From Candidatus Woesearchaeota archaeon (lineage in GTDB: Archaea > Nanobdellota > Nanobdellia > SCGC-AAA011-G17 > GW2011-AR18): a stretch of DNA of 64,000 bases. The DNA lies in contig CAYFPK010000003.1 of the NCBI GenBank assembly GCA_964344975.1, positions 2,147 to 66,146 of the forward strand, in the 5' to 3' direction. Shown one piece after another: positions 28,494 through 37,450 of this stretch; the first letter of the stretch is position 1, and every line of letters begins with the position of its first letter. Made by a program: the position numbers and the translations under genes. The notes under the pieces were generated by a model that ran no database searches, had not been told where the DNA came from, and saw only the letters and a list, made by a program, of their open reading frames with translations.

Positions 28494-28575
28494 ATTCTTT
28501 AGCTTTAGGTTTGCTTTATTAAGGTTTCTGTCCTATTTACACTAGATTTATATGTTGTTTTGATCTTTTTTTTCT
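28494..28575. promoter_or_regulatory. Divergent promoter region between aglB (paralog 2) and a GT-C gene
   Basis: TTTATAT at ~28545 sits ~25 nt upstream of the + strand ATG at 28576. On the other strand, CTTAATAAAGC sits ~25 nt upstream of the minus-strand ATG at 28493. No Shine-Dalgarno motif before either start. Confidence 0.4.
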
Positions 28576-29676
28576 ATGCGTCGTTGGTATGTATTATTAA
28601 GTGTGTTGTTGCTTGCGTTTGTTTTGCGAATTTTGACTCTTGGCTCTATGCAGCTTGGTGTTGATGAGCTTACTACTATTCGTTTAGGTCATGAAATTTT
28701 AGGCCCTGCTTTTTTTAGTTTACTTTTAGATGAAGGACACCCTTTTGTGTACTACTCGTTTATCTCTTTGTTGTTTACTCTTGTTGACTCTGTTTTTTTT
28801 GCTCGTTTTGTTACAGTCTTGCTTAGTTTGTTTTCTATTTTTATGACGTATCTTCTTGCAAAAAAATTATTTAGTTCGCGTGTTGCTTTACTCTCTTCTT
28901 TACTTGTTGCAACCTCTGCTTTCCATGTTGCTTACTCTCAACATCTTCGTTCCTATATGTTTATCAGTTGTTTGTTTTTAGTTTCTACCTATTTTCTTCT
29001 TTGTCATATTGTTGATAGAAAAGATAAGCGTGTGCATTGGAACGTGGTTTTGTATGTGTTGGCTTTTTTTTCTCACTATCTTACTGCTTTTTTTATCGCA
29101 GCTCATGCGTTAGTCCTTTTGGTGTTTGGTCGTTTACGTAAAGTTTCTTATGCTCTTTTGTATGGGCCTGTTGTCGCTGGTGTTTTAGGATTTTTTTGGT
29201 TGCCTTTCTTTTTGCGGCAGGTTTCTGATAAAGTGACAGCCCCTCTTGCCTTTCCGGACTTTTCTGTTAGCACCTTTTTTCATCCCTTTTTGAAATTTGC
29301 ACTGCTTGAGAATGTTTCTCACCTACCTTCTTTACTCTTTTTGTTATTTCCTCTTATTTTATTAGTTTTTTTTGCCCTTGGCGTGTGGCGGAGTTATTTG
29401 TTTGAGAAAGGCTCGTTTTTGTTTTTACTTCTTGGGTTTTTTTGTGTGTTTATCATTTCTGCACTCGTGAGTTTTGGTTTTAATGTCTATTACTTTAGGT
29501 ACTTTTCTTACTTGGCTCCCGTGTTTTTTATTCTTGTTGCTCGAGGGCTTGATTCGGAAAATTCTGTTGTCTTGGGCACTTTGGTTGGTTTGCTTGTGCT
29601 TGTCCAATTATATTTTGTCTATCGTTATTTGGATGTTTCTTTACTCTTTGATTGGGGGCAATATATTGCCCTGTAA
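28576..29676 (+). CDS. GT-C fold glycosyltransferase (PMT_2/ArnT-like membrane protein)
   Basis: N-terminal RILTLGSMQLGVDELTTIRLGHEIL resembles the first-loop DE motif of PMT/ArnT-type enzymes. About 10 TM helices. Confidence 0.5.
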   Translation: MRRWYVLLSVLLLAFVLRILTLGSMQLGVDELTTIRLGHEILGPAFFSLLLDEGHPFVYYSFISLLFTLVDSVFFARFVTVLLSLFSIFMTYLLAKKLFSSRVALLSSLLVATSAFHVAYSQHLRSYMFISCLFLVSTYFLLCHIVDRKDKRVHWNVVLYVLAFFSHYLTAFFIAAHALVLLVFGRLRKVSYALLYGPVVAGVLGFFWLPFFLRQVSDKVTAPLAFPDFSVSTFFHPFLKFALLENVSHLPSLLFLLFPLILLVFFALGVWRSYLFEKGSFLFLLLGFFCVFIISALVSFGFNVYYFRYFSYLAPVFFILVARGLDSENSVVLGTLVGLLVLVQLYFVYRYLDVSLLFDWGQYIAL

Positions 29677-29708
29677 GATTTAAATAGGGCTTTTATCTTG
29701 CTTTTTTT

Positions 29709-31049
29709 ATGAACGAAAAACAGTTATTGGGCTTGTTTTGCCTTGGTTTGTTACTTTTTGTTGGTTTGTCTACTGTGTCGAGTTTTCATGATAGCCCTGA
29801 GTATTATCAACTTGCTCGCTTGTTTGCTGATCAAGGTAATCAGCCTGCCTTTTCTGGGCATTCTTTAGTCTACCCTTACTTGATGAGTTTTGTTTTATTT
29901 ATTTTTCCTGCTAGTATTTTTGCTATAAAACTTGTCAATGCTGTTTGGATTTTGTTGACTGCTCTGCTTTTATTTTGGTTTAATCGTAAAACGCTCTGGT
30001 TGTTTGTGTTTTCTCCTTTAGTTTGGATGACTGCGCCTGAGTTTACGCCTGTGCTTCCTGCCATGTTTTTTTTAACTGCCATGTATCTTTGTCTTCAAAA
30101 GTGGTTGTTACATAAACACGTCTGGAAGTATTTTGCTTTATCCGCTCTTGCTGCAGGTTGTGCGTTTGCCTTTTACACGCCTTCGTTGATTATGCTGTTT
30201 TTTTTCATTTTAGCGTTTTTACGACGCGAGTCCTTGCAAGTTGTTTTACTGTATCTCTTGTTTACTTTGCCTGCTGTAATTTTACGTTTGCTCCTAGATT
30301 GGGTGTACACAGGGATGCCCTTTTATTCTTTAGTTCGTTATTTTGGCGTTAATCTCAAAGTTGTTTTAGGTGTTTCTTCAACAACCACGCATGGTGCGCT
30401 GCATGGTATTTTAAGCCCGCATATGTGGTTGGTGTTTGTTGTTGTTGCTCCTTTGCTGTTACTTTTGTATCGTCTTAATTGGCGTACACATCTTGATGCT
30501 CTTGTGTATCTTGTTCCATGCTTTTTGTTCTTTTTTGTTCGTTCAGGGATGCTTAAGTATTTCTTGTTATTTTCTCCTATCATTCTTTTGCTGTTGTCTT
30601 CTGTACTAGATAAACGAGAAGTTCGTGTTAATGCTTTATTTGGTCTTGTTTTGGTTTGCCTGTTAACCTTTGGTTATTTTGGTGTGACGGAAGATGTGGT
30701 TATACAACAAGATTTAGTTACTATACAAGAGAACTATGACTATGATGTTGCTGTGATTGCATTGCGTTCAGCGTACCTTGATTTTTCTGACAAACGATAT
30801 ATTTGGGATGAGGAGTATGCGCTTGCTTCGCGTGGAGAGTCTGTCTTTTCAGGGTGGACTTTTGCGTCTGAGCAACGGGTTGATTTGTATAAGCAATTGC
30901 GTTTATCTGCTGATTTGGTGCGTTGGGATGATGACAATTATGCTGATGTCCAGTATTGGATTGCTGTACCTAGCACTGACCGGGTTATTGACTCGTTTGA
31001 ACGCATTGAATGTTTTAATTATCTGTGTGTGTATGAGCGCTCTTCGTAA
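29709..31049 (+). CDS. Polytopic membrane protein, putative GT-C-like glycosyltransferase
   Basis: About 12 TM helices, a short N-terminal loop with DSPEYYQLARLFADQGN, and a C-terminal soluble domain. Confidence 0.35.
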   Translation: MNEKQLLGLFCLGLLLFVGLSTVSSFHDSPEYYQLARLFADQGNQPAFSGHSLVYPYLMSFVLFIFPASIFAIKLVNAVWILLTALLLFWFNRKTLWLFVFSPLVWMTAPEFTPVLPAMFFLTAMYLCLQKWLLHKHVWKYFALSALAAGCAFAFYTPSLIMLFFFILAFLRRESLQVVLLYLLFTLPAVILRLLLDWVYTGMPFYSLVRYFGVNLKVVLGVSSTTTHGALHGILSPHMWLVFVVVAPLLLLLYRLNWRTHLDALVYLVPCFLFFFVRSGMLKYFLLFSPIILLLLSSVLDKREVRVNALFGLVLVCLLTFGYFGVTEDVVIQQDLVTIQENYDYDVAVIALRSAYLDFSDKRYIWDEEYALASRGESVFSGWTFASEQRVDLYKQLRLSADLVRWDDDNYADVQYWIAVPSTDRVIDSFERIECFNYLCVYERSS

Positions 31050-31073
31050 GGTTTTTAACCTTTTTGGACTTCT

Positions 31074-31643
31074 TTGTTGTTTATGGAACAAAAACGGTTA
31101 AGTGTTGCTCTTTTAGCTTCTCTTTCTTTATCTCTTGGTACTCTTCTTCTAGCAGATAAAGGTTTTTTTGGTTCAACTGTTGCACAGAGTTTTGCAAACT
31201 CACGGTCGTTAGTTACCACTTTTGATCTTGCTGGGTTTTACTCTAGTACGTATGTTCCGAACATTTCTCGTAGCCCGTTTAGTTCACAATTGTTTGATGT
31301 TGCTAGTCCTTCTCGAGATGCTGCTCTTGCTGAGCTTGGGGTTGTTGCGCAAGGTGTTCAGATAGATGGTTCTTATGTTCTTTGTGGTACTGGTGTTTTT
31401 TTAGATCCTTGCTTTTTTCGTCCTTTAGGTAGTAACGACTATGTGCAAGCTGAACTTGATTTTGCTTTTGAGCGTATCAGCCCTTATGTTATTTATGCTC
31501 TTTATACAAAAACTCCCCCTTCTTCGCCACCTGACTTTTATGAGGATTGGTCTTCACAACTTGTTTTTGGATCTGACTCTGTTGAAGTTGATCCTTTGGG
31601 TTGTTATGCCTTTGTTACAGTTTGTGGGAAGGATCCTCGTTAA
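31074..31643 (+). CDS. Secreted hypothetical protein
   Basis: Signal peptide (LSVALLASLSLSLGTLLLA). No recognised domain. Confidence 0.35.
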   Translation: MLFMEQKRLSVALLASLSLSLGTLLLADKGFFGSTVAQSFANSRSLVTTFDLAGFYSSTYVPNISRSPFSSQLFDVASPSRDAALAELGVVAQGVQIDGSYVLCGTGVFLDPCFFRPLGSNDYVQAELDFAFERISPYVIYALYTKTPPSSPPDFYEDWSSQLVFGSDSVEVDPLGCYAFVTVCGKDPR

Positions 31644-31687
31644 GATAACTTTATATATAAGTTTATACTGTGGTATAAGTATATATA

Positions 31688-31969
31688 ATGGCTAGAAAGA
31701 TGAAGACAAAGGCAGTTTTACATTATCCTCGTTTAGATACAATTCTTCACGTTGAAGCTGTTTTAAAACAGGGTGATGGTTTTTTGTCGAAAAATGAGAT
31801 TGATCGTCGTCTTCCCAAACAAATTATGCGTCCTACGTTAAATGTTATCTTAGAGTATCTTCAAGCTAGTGGAAAAATAACTATTGCTGCTGAGGGTATT
31901 CTTTGGATTTATCATGAGGATGTTAGTTCTACCCTTAAGAAGAAACTTCTCAAAGGGGTGACTGTTTAA
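31688..31969 (+). CDS. Putative antitoxin-like small protein (93 aa)
   Basis: Immediately upstream of, and contiguous with, the RelE-like ORF. Preceded by an AT-rich TTTATATATAAG...GTATATATAATG region. Confidence 0.3.
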   Translation: MARKMKTKAVLHYPRLDTILHVEAVLKQGDGFLSKNEIDRRLPKQIMRPTLNVILEYLQASGKITIAAEGILWIYHEDVSSTLKKKLLKGVTV

Positions 31970-32341
31970 TTGTTGAAAAAGGATATTCTTGTTCAATTTG
32001 ATCGCGAGGCCTACCGAGAATATCAATCATTACAAAATTTAGTTTTGCAAAGGAAAAGTTCCCGAAAGAAACCTACATATGCTCAATTACTGAGTTCTAT
32101 TAATACTGCTGTTGCTAATCTTAAAATTGATCCTCATTATGGTAACTTAATCCCCCGCAAATATTTGAGTAAACGTACTATGCAACGATATGGAACTGAT
32201 AAAATTTTTCGTGTTGAACTTGTTGGCTATTGGCGGTTGTTGTATACGCTTGTTGGAGATGAGGCAAAAATTATTGCTTTTGTTCTGGAATATATGGATC
32301 ATGCCCAGTATAACAAAATTTTTGGTTATAAGAAAAAATAG
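31970..32341 (+). CDS. RelE/ParE-family toxin-like protein
   Basis: C-terminal ...KIFRVELVGYWRLLYTLVGDEAKIIAFVLEYMDHAQY matches the RelE/ParE beta-sheet core pattern (RVrvGdYRiiY.i.dd...i.vl.ighRk.vY). TTG start abuts the upstream ORF's stop. Confidence 0.5.
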   Translation: MLKKDILVQFDREAYREYQSLQNLVLQRKSSRKKPTYAQLLSSINTAVANLKIDPHYGNLIPRKYLSKRTMQRYGTDKIFRVELVGYWRLLYTLVGDEAKIIAFVLEYMDHAQYNKIFGYKKK

Positions 32342-32917
32342 TTATAATTCTAACTCGTCATCTTGCACGTAGGCGAGGTTATTTGTGAGTGCAATGTATG
32401 CTTTTTGTAATTCACGACCAAGGTATGCTGCATGGTCCTGTCTTGTGATTAATCCTTTTTTAATTGCTGTTTGATAGATTTCAATTGGTTTTTTACCTTT
32501 AATGATATAATCCACTTTGTTAATTTCGTAGCAATGCGCTATTTCGATACATTCTTCTTCTTTGTTGACTTTGATTAAAAAATATCCTTTTTTGTCCATG
32601 ACAAACTCTTTGAGATCATCATATTCTGCTTGTATTGTTTGTTCATTTTTAATTTCGACTTCGTCGTCAAAAAGTACTTTGTCTTCTGACTCTACTCGTA
32701 TCGCGTTGACCGGACAGCCCCTTGCTGCCTCGACTGCTTTTTTAATGTACTCTTGTGATGCTTCTGTGTTGAGGGTTTCGTAGTCGCCTTCAAGTTCTGT
32801 GTCTCCTAGAAGAAGGGCTTTGCTTCCTGGAAAACTAAATGCTTCTGGGGCAAGTTCAGCGCAGATGCCGTTGCCTATACATTTTTTTCTGTTGAATTTG
32901 ATAGTGACTTTTTGCAT
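32342..32917 (-). CDS. Ferredoxin-domain fusion protein (N-terminal 4Fe-4S ferredoxin-like, C-terminal unknown domain)
   Basis: CIGNGICAELAP...ARGCPVNAI matches the CxGxGxCx4P...CP single-cluster ferredoxin pattern. About 110 aa of unassigned sequence follow. Confidence 0.5.
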   Translation of the reverse strand: MQKVTIKFNRKKCIGNGICAELAPEAFSFPGSKALLLGDTELEGDYETLNTEASQEYIKKAVEAARGCPVNAIRVESEDKVLFDDEVEIKNEQTIQAEYDDLKEFVMDKKGYFLIKVNKEEECIEIAHCYEINKVDYIIKGKKPIEIYQTAIKKGLITRQDHAAYLGRELQKAYIALTNNLAYVQDDELEL

Positions 32918-32954
32918 GCTGCTGTTATTTAGTTTGGCTTAATATGTTTTATGG

Positions 32955-33947
32955 TTAGGTTTCTTTTAAAAATTCTTGGAGTTGAGAAATGTAATTCATT
33001 GTTTCTTTTCGTAAATCATTGAGGTCTAGCCTTGTACTTTCTTTAAGATAAACCTTTTCAGGTTGACCTAATTTTTTGTAAATTCTCTTTGCTGTTCTTG
33101 CTAATATTTCTTTAGTCCTTTCATAATCTTTTCCTTCTTCTTCTAGATGCTTCATTGCTGCTTTTTTATATCTATACTTCTCTTTGCCAAAAATTATTTT
33201 ATTGGTTACATCTTTTATTGTGAGATATCCTTTTGCTCCTATCCAAAACAAGAATTGACTCCCTATTACAGCAGAAGCGCCTCCTGCGATTATTAGACCA
33301 ACAATATCTGCTATACCATCAACTTCAAAATCACCTACAATACTGTTGACGGATAATATTTTCATCCAAACTGTTCCAGTGACTCCTGCTCCTATTATTC
33401 TTGACTCTAGTGTTGATCTTTTTTCATGCCTTTTAAGATATGATTGCTCACTTTCAAATTCATTTCTTCTAAAGATCCTGTGAACTTTTCTTAATGTTTC
33501 TCTGTAAATTTTTTCGTCGTTTTGATCTATAACACCTGCTTTTACTAATTCTCTTAATCTTTCTCGATGTGAATGATATGCTGGACAGAGTCCTTTATAT
33601 TCTCTTGCTCCTCTTTCGAGCCATTCTATACTTTCTGTGACTCTTCTTAGATTATTTTCTAGATTATCATACCCTACTACTTCCTCTTTATTTCTTTCTT
33701 TTAGCTTAATGCCTAATTCTGTTGCATCTAAATGCCTTTGTGCCACTGCACGTGCTTCGGGATCTAGTGTATCAATTTGTGCTAGGAGGCTCTCAAGGTC
33801 GTTACCTACTGTTTGTTCTATTTCTTGCTCTGCTTGCGCTTGAAAATTTTGTTGTGAAATTGTAGGCACCACATTTTCTACCTCTTTATCTGCCTGGTGT
33901 TTTCTTCCTGCTCTTAATGCCTGTTTTACTTGATCTTTTGGGCTCAT
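32955..33947 (-). CDS. Hypothetical membrane-associated protein with a coiled-coil N-terminus
   Basis: Central glycine-zipper hydrophobic segments (IIGAGVTGTVWMKI...IVGLIIAGGASAVIGSQFLFWIGA). Charged helical flanks. Confidence 0.35.
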   Translation of the reverse strand: MSPKDQVKQALRAGRKHQADKEVENVVPTISQQNFQAQAEQEIEQTVGNDLESLLAQIDTLDPEARAVAQRHLDATELGIKLKERNKEEVVGYDNLENNLRRVTESIEWLERGAREYKGLCPAYHSHRERLRELVKAGVIDQNDEKIYRETLRKVHRIFRRNEFESEQSYLKRHEKRSTLESRIIGAGVTGTVWMKILSVNSIVGDFEVDGIADIVGLIIAGGASAVIGSQFLFWIGAKGYLTIKDVTNKIIFGKEKYRYKKAAMKHLEEEGKDYERTKEILARTAKRIYKKLGQPEKVYLKESTRLDLNDLRKETMNYISQLQEFLKET

Positions 33948-34028
33948 TCTGTTGCTTGTAAGGTGCGAAAATCTTTTAAAATTGACTTTTATCAGAGTTT
34001 ATTTAAAGGGGTGTTTTTTGCTCTTTTT

Positions 34029-35291
34029 ATGACTAAACGTCCTCATGTTGTTGTTTTAGGTGGTGGTCCTGCCGGTTTAGGTGCTGCGCATGTTTTAGCT
34101 AAGACCTGTGATGTCACTGTTGTTGAAGCATCGCCTGAGCTAGGTGGTCTTGCGGGTTCGTTTACACATGCAGGTAAACAGATCCCTAAATTTTATCATC
34201 ATATCTTTGATCATGATCGTATCACATTAGCCTATCTACAGCGCTATGGTGAGCGTGAACATATGGTCTGGAAAAAGATTAAGATGTGTATCTTGGTTGG
34301 TGGGAAGTTGTTTAACTTTACCAATCCGTTTGCTTTACTCCGTTTTAGTTATCTATCGTTTTGGGGGCGCATTCGCTATGGTCTTTTTGGCGCGTATGTG
34401 TTAAGCTTTATGAACCCTAAAAAAGTCGATAAAACCTTAGATGCTCGCGCTTGGCTTACTAAAGTTGCTGGAGCTGAAGTTACTGAGAAATTGTTTTATG
34501 AGCTACAAGGGCGCAACAAATTTGGTATTAAATTAGAAGATATTTCAGCACAACAGTTTGCGCATCGTTTAAAGGCTGGTGAGGCGTTAGGTACGTTTGG
34601 CTATCCGTATAAGGGCTTTCAAGTTATTGTTGATGGTATAGAAGCTGAGTTGCGTGGTAAGGGTGTTGATTTTAAAGTTTCTACTCCTGCTGTGGGTGTT
34701 GATTTGGTAAAAAAAACAGTTACCTTGAAAGGTGGTAAAAAATTGTCGTATGACAAACTAGTTACCACGTTGCCTGTGCCTGTTATGCTTAAGATAACTT
34801 CAGGGTGGCCCCAGGATTATGTTGAAAAGTTATCACATATCAAGTATTGTCCTGTCGTGAGTGTTATCTTTGGTGCTAAGGAGTTTTTATCTAAACATTA
34901 TTGGCTGAATGTGTTGCAAGAGCGTATTCACATGATTGTGCAACATTCTCGTTTGTATGATGGGTATGGTGCTAAAGTGATGTGGGCGTCACGCTATGGG
35001 AACTCCATAGAAGATTTTGATCTGAGTGATGAAGCTATTGAGAAAGCTTACCTTGGTGTGGTTACAAAGTATTTTCCTGCAACAGAAATTGTCTGGTCGA
35101 AGGTGTATCGCAATAGATATTCTTCGCCGATTTATGATAAACATTACTTTGATTATAAGCCTGATTTTCGAACGCCTCACGCGGATGTGTATTATGCGGG
35201 GATTGCTGTGTCGTATCCGGAAATTCGTAACACGAACACTGCTTTAAAATCTGGGCATACGGTTGCTAAAATGGTTTTAAGTGATTTATAG
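34029..35291 (+). CDS. FAD/NAD(P)-binding oxidoreductase, UDP-galactopyranose mutase-like
   Basis: Rossmann motif VVVLGGGPAGLGAAHVLA...VVEASPELGGLAGSF, plus FYHHIF and a C-terminal ...YSSPIYDKHYFDY...VYYAGIAVSYPEI pattern resembling Glf/amine-oxidase-fold flavoenzymes. The ORF extends to 33930. Confidence 0.5.
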   Translation: MTKRPHVVVLGGGPAGLGAAHVLAKTCDVTVVEASPELGGLAGSFTHAGKQIPKFYHHIFDHDRITLAYLQRYGEREHMVWKKIKMCILVGGKLFNFTNPFALLRFSYLSFWGRIRYGLFGAYVLSFMNPKKVDKTLDARAWLTKVAGAEVTEKLFYELQGRNKFGIKLEDISAQQFAHRLKAGEALGTFGYPYKGFQVIVDGIEAELRGKGVDFKVSTPAVGVDLVKKTVTLKGGKKLSYDKLVTTLPVPVMLKITSGWPQDYVEKLSHIKYCPVVSVIFGAKEFLSKHYWLNVLQERIHMIVQHSRLYDGYGAKVMWASRYGNSIEDFDLSDEAIEKAYLGVVTKYFPATEIVWSKVYRNRYSSPIYDKHYFDYKPDFRTPHADVYYAGIAVSYPEIRNTNTALKSGHTVAKMVLSDL

Positions 35292-35325
35292 CAATACTTA
35301 TTAAGTTTGTTATCCTCTCTTTTTT

Positions 35326-35598
35326 ATGGCAGACCTACCTTGTACTCATTTACGAAGAGAACAAAATTATACTTGCCATATTACTGAAAAACGCTGCGTT
35401 GCTGTCGAATATGATGAAGGTACTAGTTTTGTGCATGGTGATGATGGTCTTTATTATTCTCAAAGTACAGGCTCGACTTGTCCGGCCTATAATCTTCCTG
35501 GCCCTTTAGTTATTGAGTTGAAGCGTGCTCGAATACAATCTCAAATTGATCACTTGGAAGCTGAGCAAAAGTCTCTTGAAGACTCTTTGGGTGCTTAG
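35326..35598 (+). CDS. Hypothetical small protein (90 aa)
   Basis: ORF only. Confidence 0.25.
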   Translation: MADLPCTHLRREQNYTCHITEKRCVAVEYDEGTSFVHGDDGLYYSQSTGSTCPAYNLPGPLVIELKRARIQSQIDHLEAEQKSLEDSLGA

Positions 35599-36908
35599 CT
35601 AAACCTTTTTACCTTATTAATCATCTTTTTTATGCCGTTTACTGATGTAAAATGTCTAGCAATATACGGCCATCTTTTTGGATGTGTGTAAAAAGAGATT
35701 AACAATTTTTTTTGTAAGAATTTTAGTCGTTTAAAGTTAATGTCTGGATTGTCAAATGCTTGATTTTTGTAATAATCGAATTCTTCAAAGTTATTGGTTA
35801 CGTTGTACGCGTCTTTTGTTTTTTCGTACATGTGTGTTTCTGGTAATGGTGTTGATATGGTTGCGGTGATTTCAGTTGCATCTAAAGATCGAGCGTACCT
35901 GATGGTCTCTTCAATTTCTTCTTCAGTTTCACCAGGGGCACCTAGCATAAAGAAACATAAACAATGTACGCCTATTTTTTCTGCGATACTAATCATGGGC
36001 GCTACGGTTTCTAGCTTAATGTCTTTTTGGTAGATTTCATCTAATACTCTTTGTGAGCCTGATTCGACACCGATGTGCATTTCGTGTAGGCCTGCTTTGT
36101 GTAATTTTTTTAATAATTCTTCATCAAGTAAATTGATTCTTGAATTACATCCCCATAAAATGTTTAGATCTTCTGCGATTAATCTGTCTGCAAATTCAAC
36201 TACCCATCTGCGGTCTACGGTGAAGGTGTCGTCTTGGAAGAAAAATGCTTTCATGCCAAACTTTTTTGTTAAATATTTTATTTCTGCAACGACACTGTCT
36301 ACTGATCTTCGCCTGAACCCTTTGCCAAATATTTTATCTAGCACGGGTTGGCAGAATGAGCATCTGTACGGGCATCCTCGTGATGAAAATAAGCTTGTTC
36401 CTTTTAAACTTGGATCGACACTGTCTAGTAAATGCCATAGATCCATATAGGTGTCCATGTCTAATAAATCGTATGCAGGTACAGGTAGCTTTTCTAAGTC
36501 TGGTTGGTTACCTTTAATGATCTGTGTACCTTTGTGTTTGCCGTCAATAATTTCTATAATGGTTTCTTCAGCTTCACCTTGGACAATGTAATCTGCGAAT
36601 TCTTTTAATGTTTCGGGTTTGAGTGTCGCGTGTGGGCCGCCTGCTAAAACTGTTTTGCCTTTGTCTTTTGCATATTGCATAATTTTTGTTGCATCTTCAA
36701 ACATCATAGAGTCTGAATAGACACAAACCATGTCTGGGTTGAAACTGTCTAGACGTTTTTGTACGTATTCGTGTGTGGGGTTAAATGTTGTGTCGATTAA
36801 ATCGACGTCGTGGCCTTGCTCTCTGATGACTGCAGTAAGCATAGCCATGCCTAGTGGAGGATCGCCGCTTTTGTACTTCATCCGTGGAAAAACGAGACTG
36901 ATTTTCAT
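35595..36908 (-). CDS. Cobalamin-binding (class B) radical SAM enzyme
   Basis: N-terminal B12-binding-like Rossmann domain (...DVDLIDT...VLAGGPHATL) and the radical SAM CxxxCxxC (SSRGCPYRCSFC). Confidence 0.8.
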   Translation of the reverse strand: MKISLVFPRMKYKSGDPPLGMAMLTAVIREQGHDVDLIDTTFNPTHEYVQKRLDSFNPDMVCVYSDSMMFEDATKIMQYAKDKGKTVLAGGPHATLKPETLKEFADYIVQGEAEETIIEIIDGKHKGTQIIKGNQPDLEKLPVPAYDLLDMDTYMDLWHLLDSVDPSLKGTSLFSSRGCPYRCSFCQPVLDKIFGKGFRRRSVDSVVAEIKYLTKKFGMKAFFFQDDTFTVDRRWVVEFADRLIAEDLNILWGCNSRINLLDEELLKKLHKAGLHEMHIGVESGSQRVLDEIYQKDIKLETVAPMISIAEKIGVHCLCFFMLGAPGETEEEIEETIRYARSLDATEITATISTPLPETHMYEKTKDAYNVTNNFEEFDYYKNQAFDNPDINFKRLKFLQKKLLISFYTHPKRWPYIARHFTSVNGIKKMINKVKRFS

Positions 36909-36972
36909 TGTAGAATCTAGTTTTTTGCTCGATAAATTGTTTATATGTCTTGTGGTTGCGGTGGCTTTAAAA

Positions 36973-37416
36973 ATGAACTGTTTATTGCTTTTGTTGATGA
37001 AGATGGGTTGGATATTAACTGCTCTTTTGGGTATGCTTTTTTTTAGTGGTATGATTTTGCTTTTTAAGCTGCTTACTGATAAGGGTGTTTCTGCTTCTTT
37101 GCTTTTATTTTTTCTTTTCTTGTTTGGAGCTCTTTTTTATTTTGTGCATATTCTTGCAACTGATGCCTCTTTTACTGTTTCTCGCTCGCTTTTGTTTTTG
37201 ATTGCTTTTGCTGCGGTGTTAAGCTATCTTGGTAATTTGCTTTATGTTAAATCGATTGCGCTTGCGCCTAATCCTGGTTATTCTGCTGCTATTATTGGCA
37301 TGCAGCTTGTGTTTATTACGCTTGCTTCAGTATTTCTCTTTGGCTCTGAGTTGAGTTTGCAAAAAGGTGTTGGTATCTTTTTTGGGTTGCTTGCTATTGT
37401 TCTTTTGTCTTTATAA
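36973..37416 (+). CDS. Small DMT/EamA-like membrane protein
   Basis: 147 aa with 4-5 TM helices. The ORF extends back to 36730 but that part overlaps the radical SAM gene, so the Met at 36973 is the preferred start. Confidence 0.45.
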   Translation: MNCLLLLLMKMGWILTALLGMLFFSGMILLFKLLTDKGVSASLLLFFLFLFGALFYFVHILATDASFTVSRSLLFLIAFAAVLSYLGNLLYVKSIALAPNPGYSAAIIGMQLVFITLASVFLFGSELSLQKGVGIFFGLLAIVLLSL

Positions 37417-37450
37417 CAATCTTTAATAATAGGCTTTTTGTTGTATTTTT

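Noticed and set aside
36730-36972. Long N-terminal extension of the DMT-like membrane protein ORF
   Set aside because: The extension overlaps the 5' end of the well-supported radical SAM gene on the opposite strand and encodes non-membrane low-complexity sequence. The internal Met at 36973 gives a clean 147-aa TM protein.
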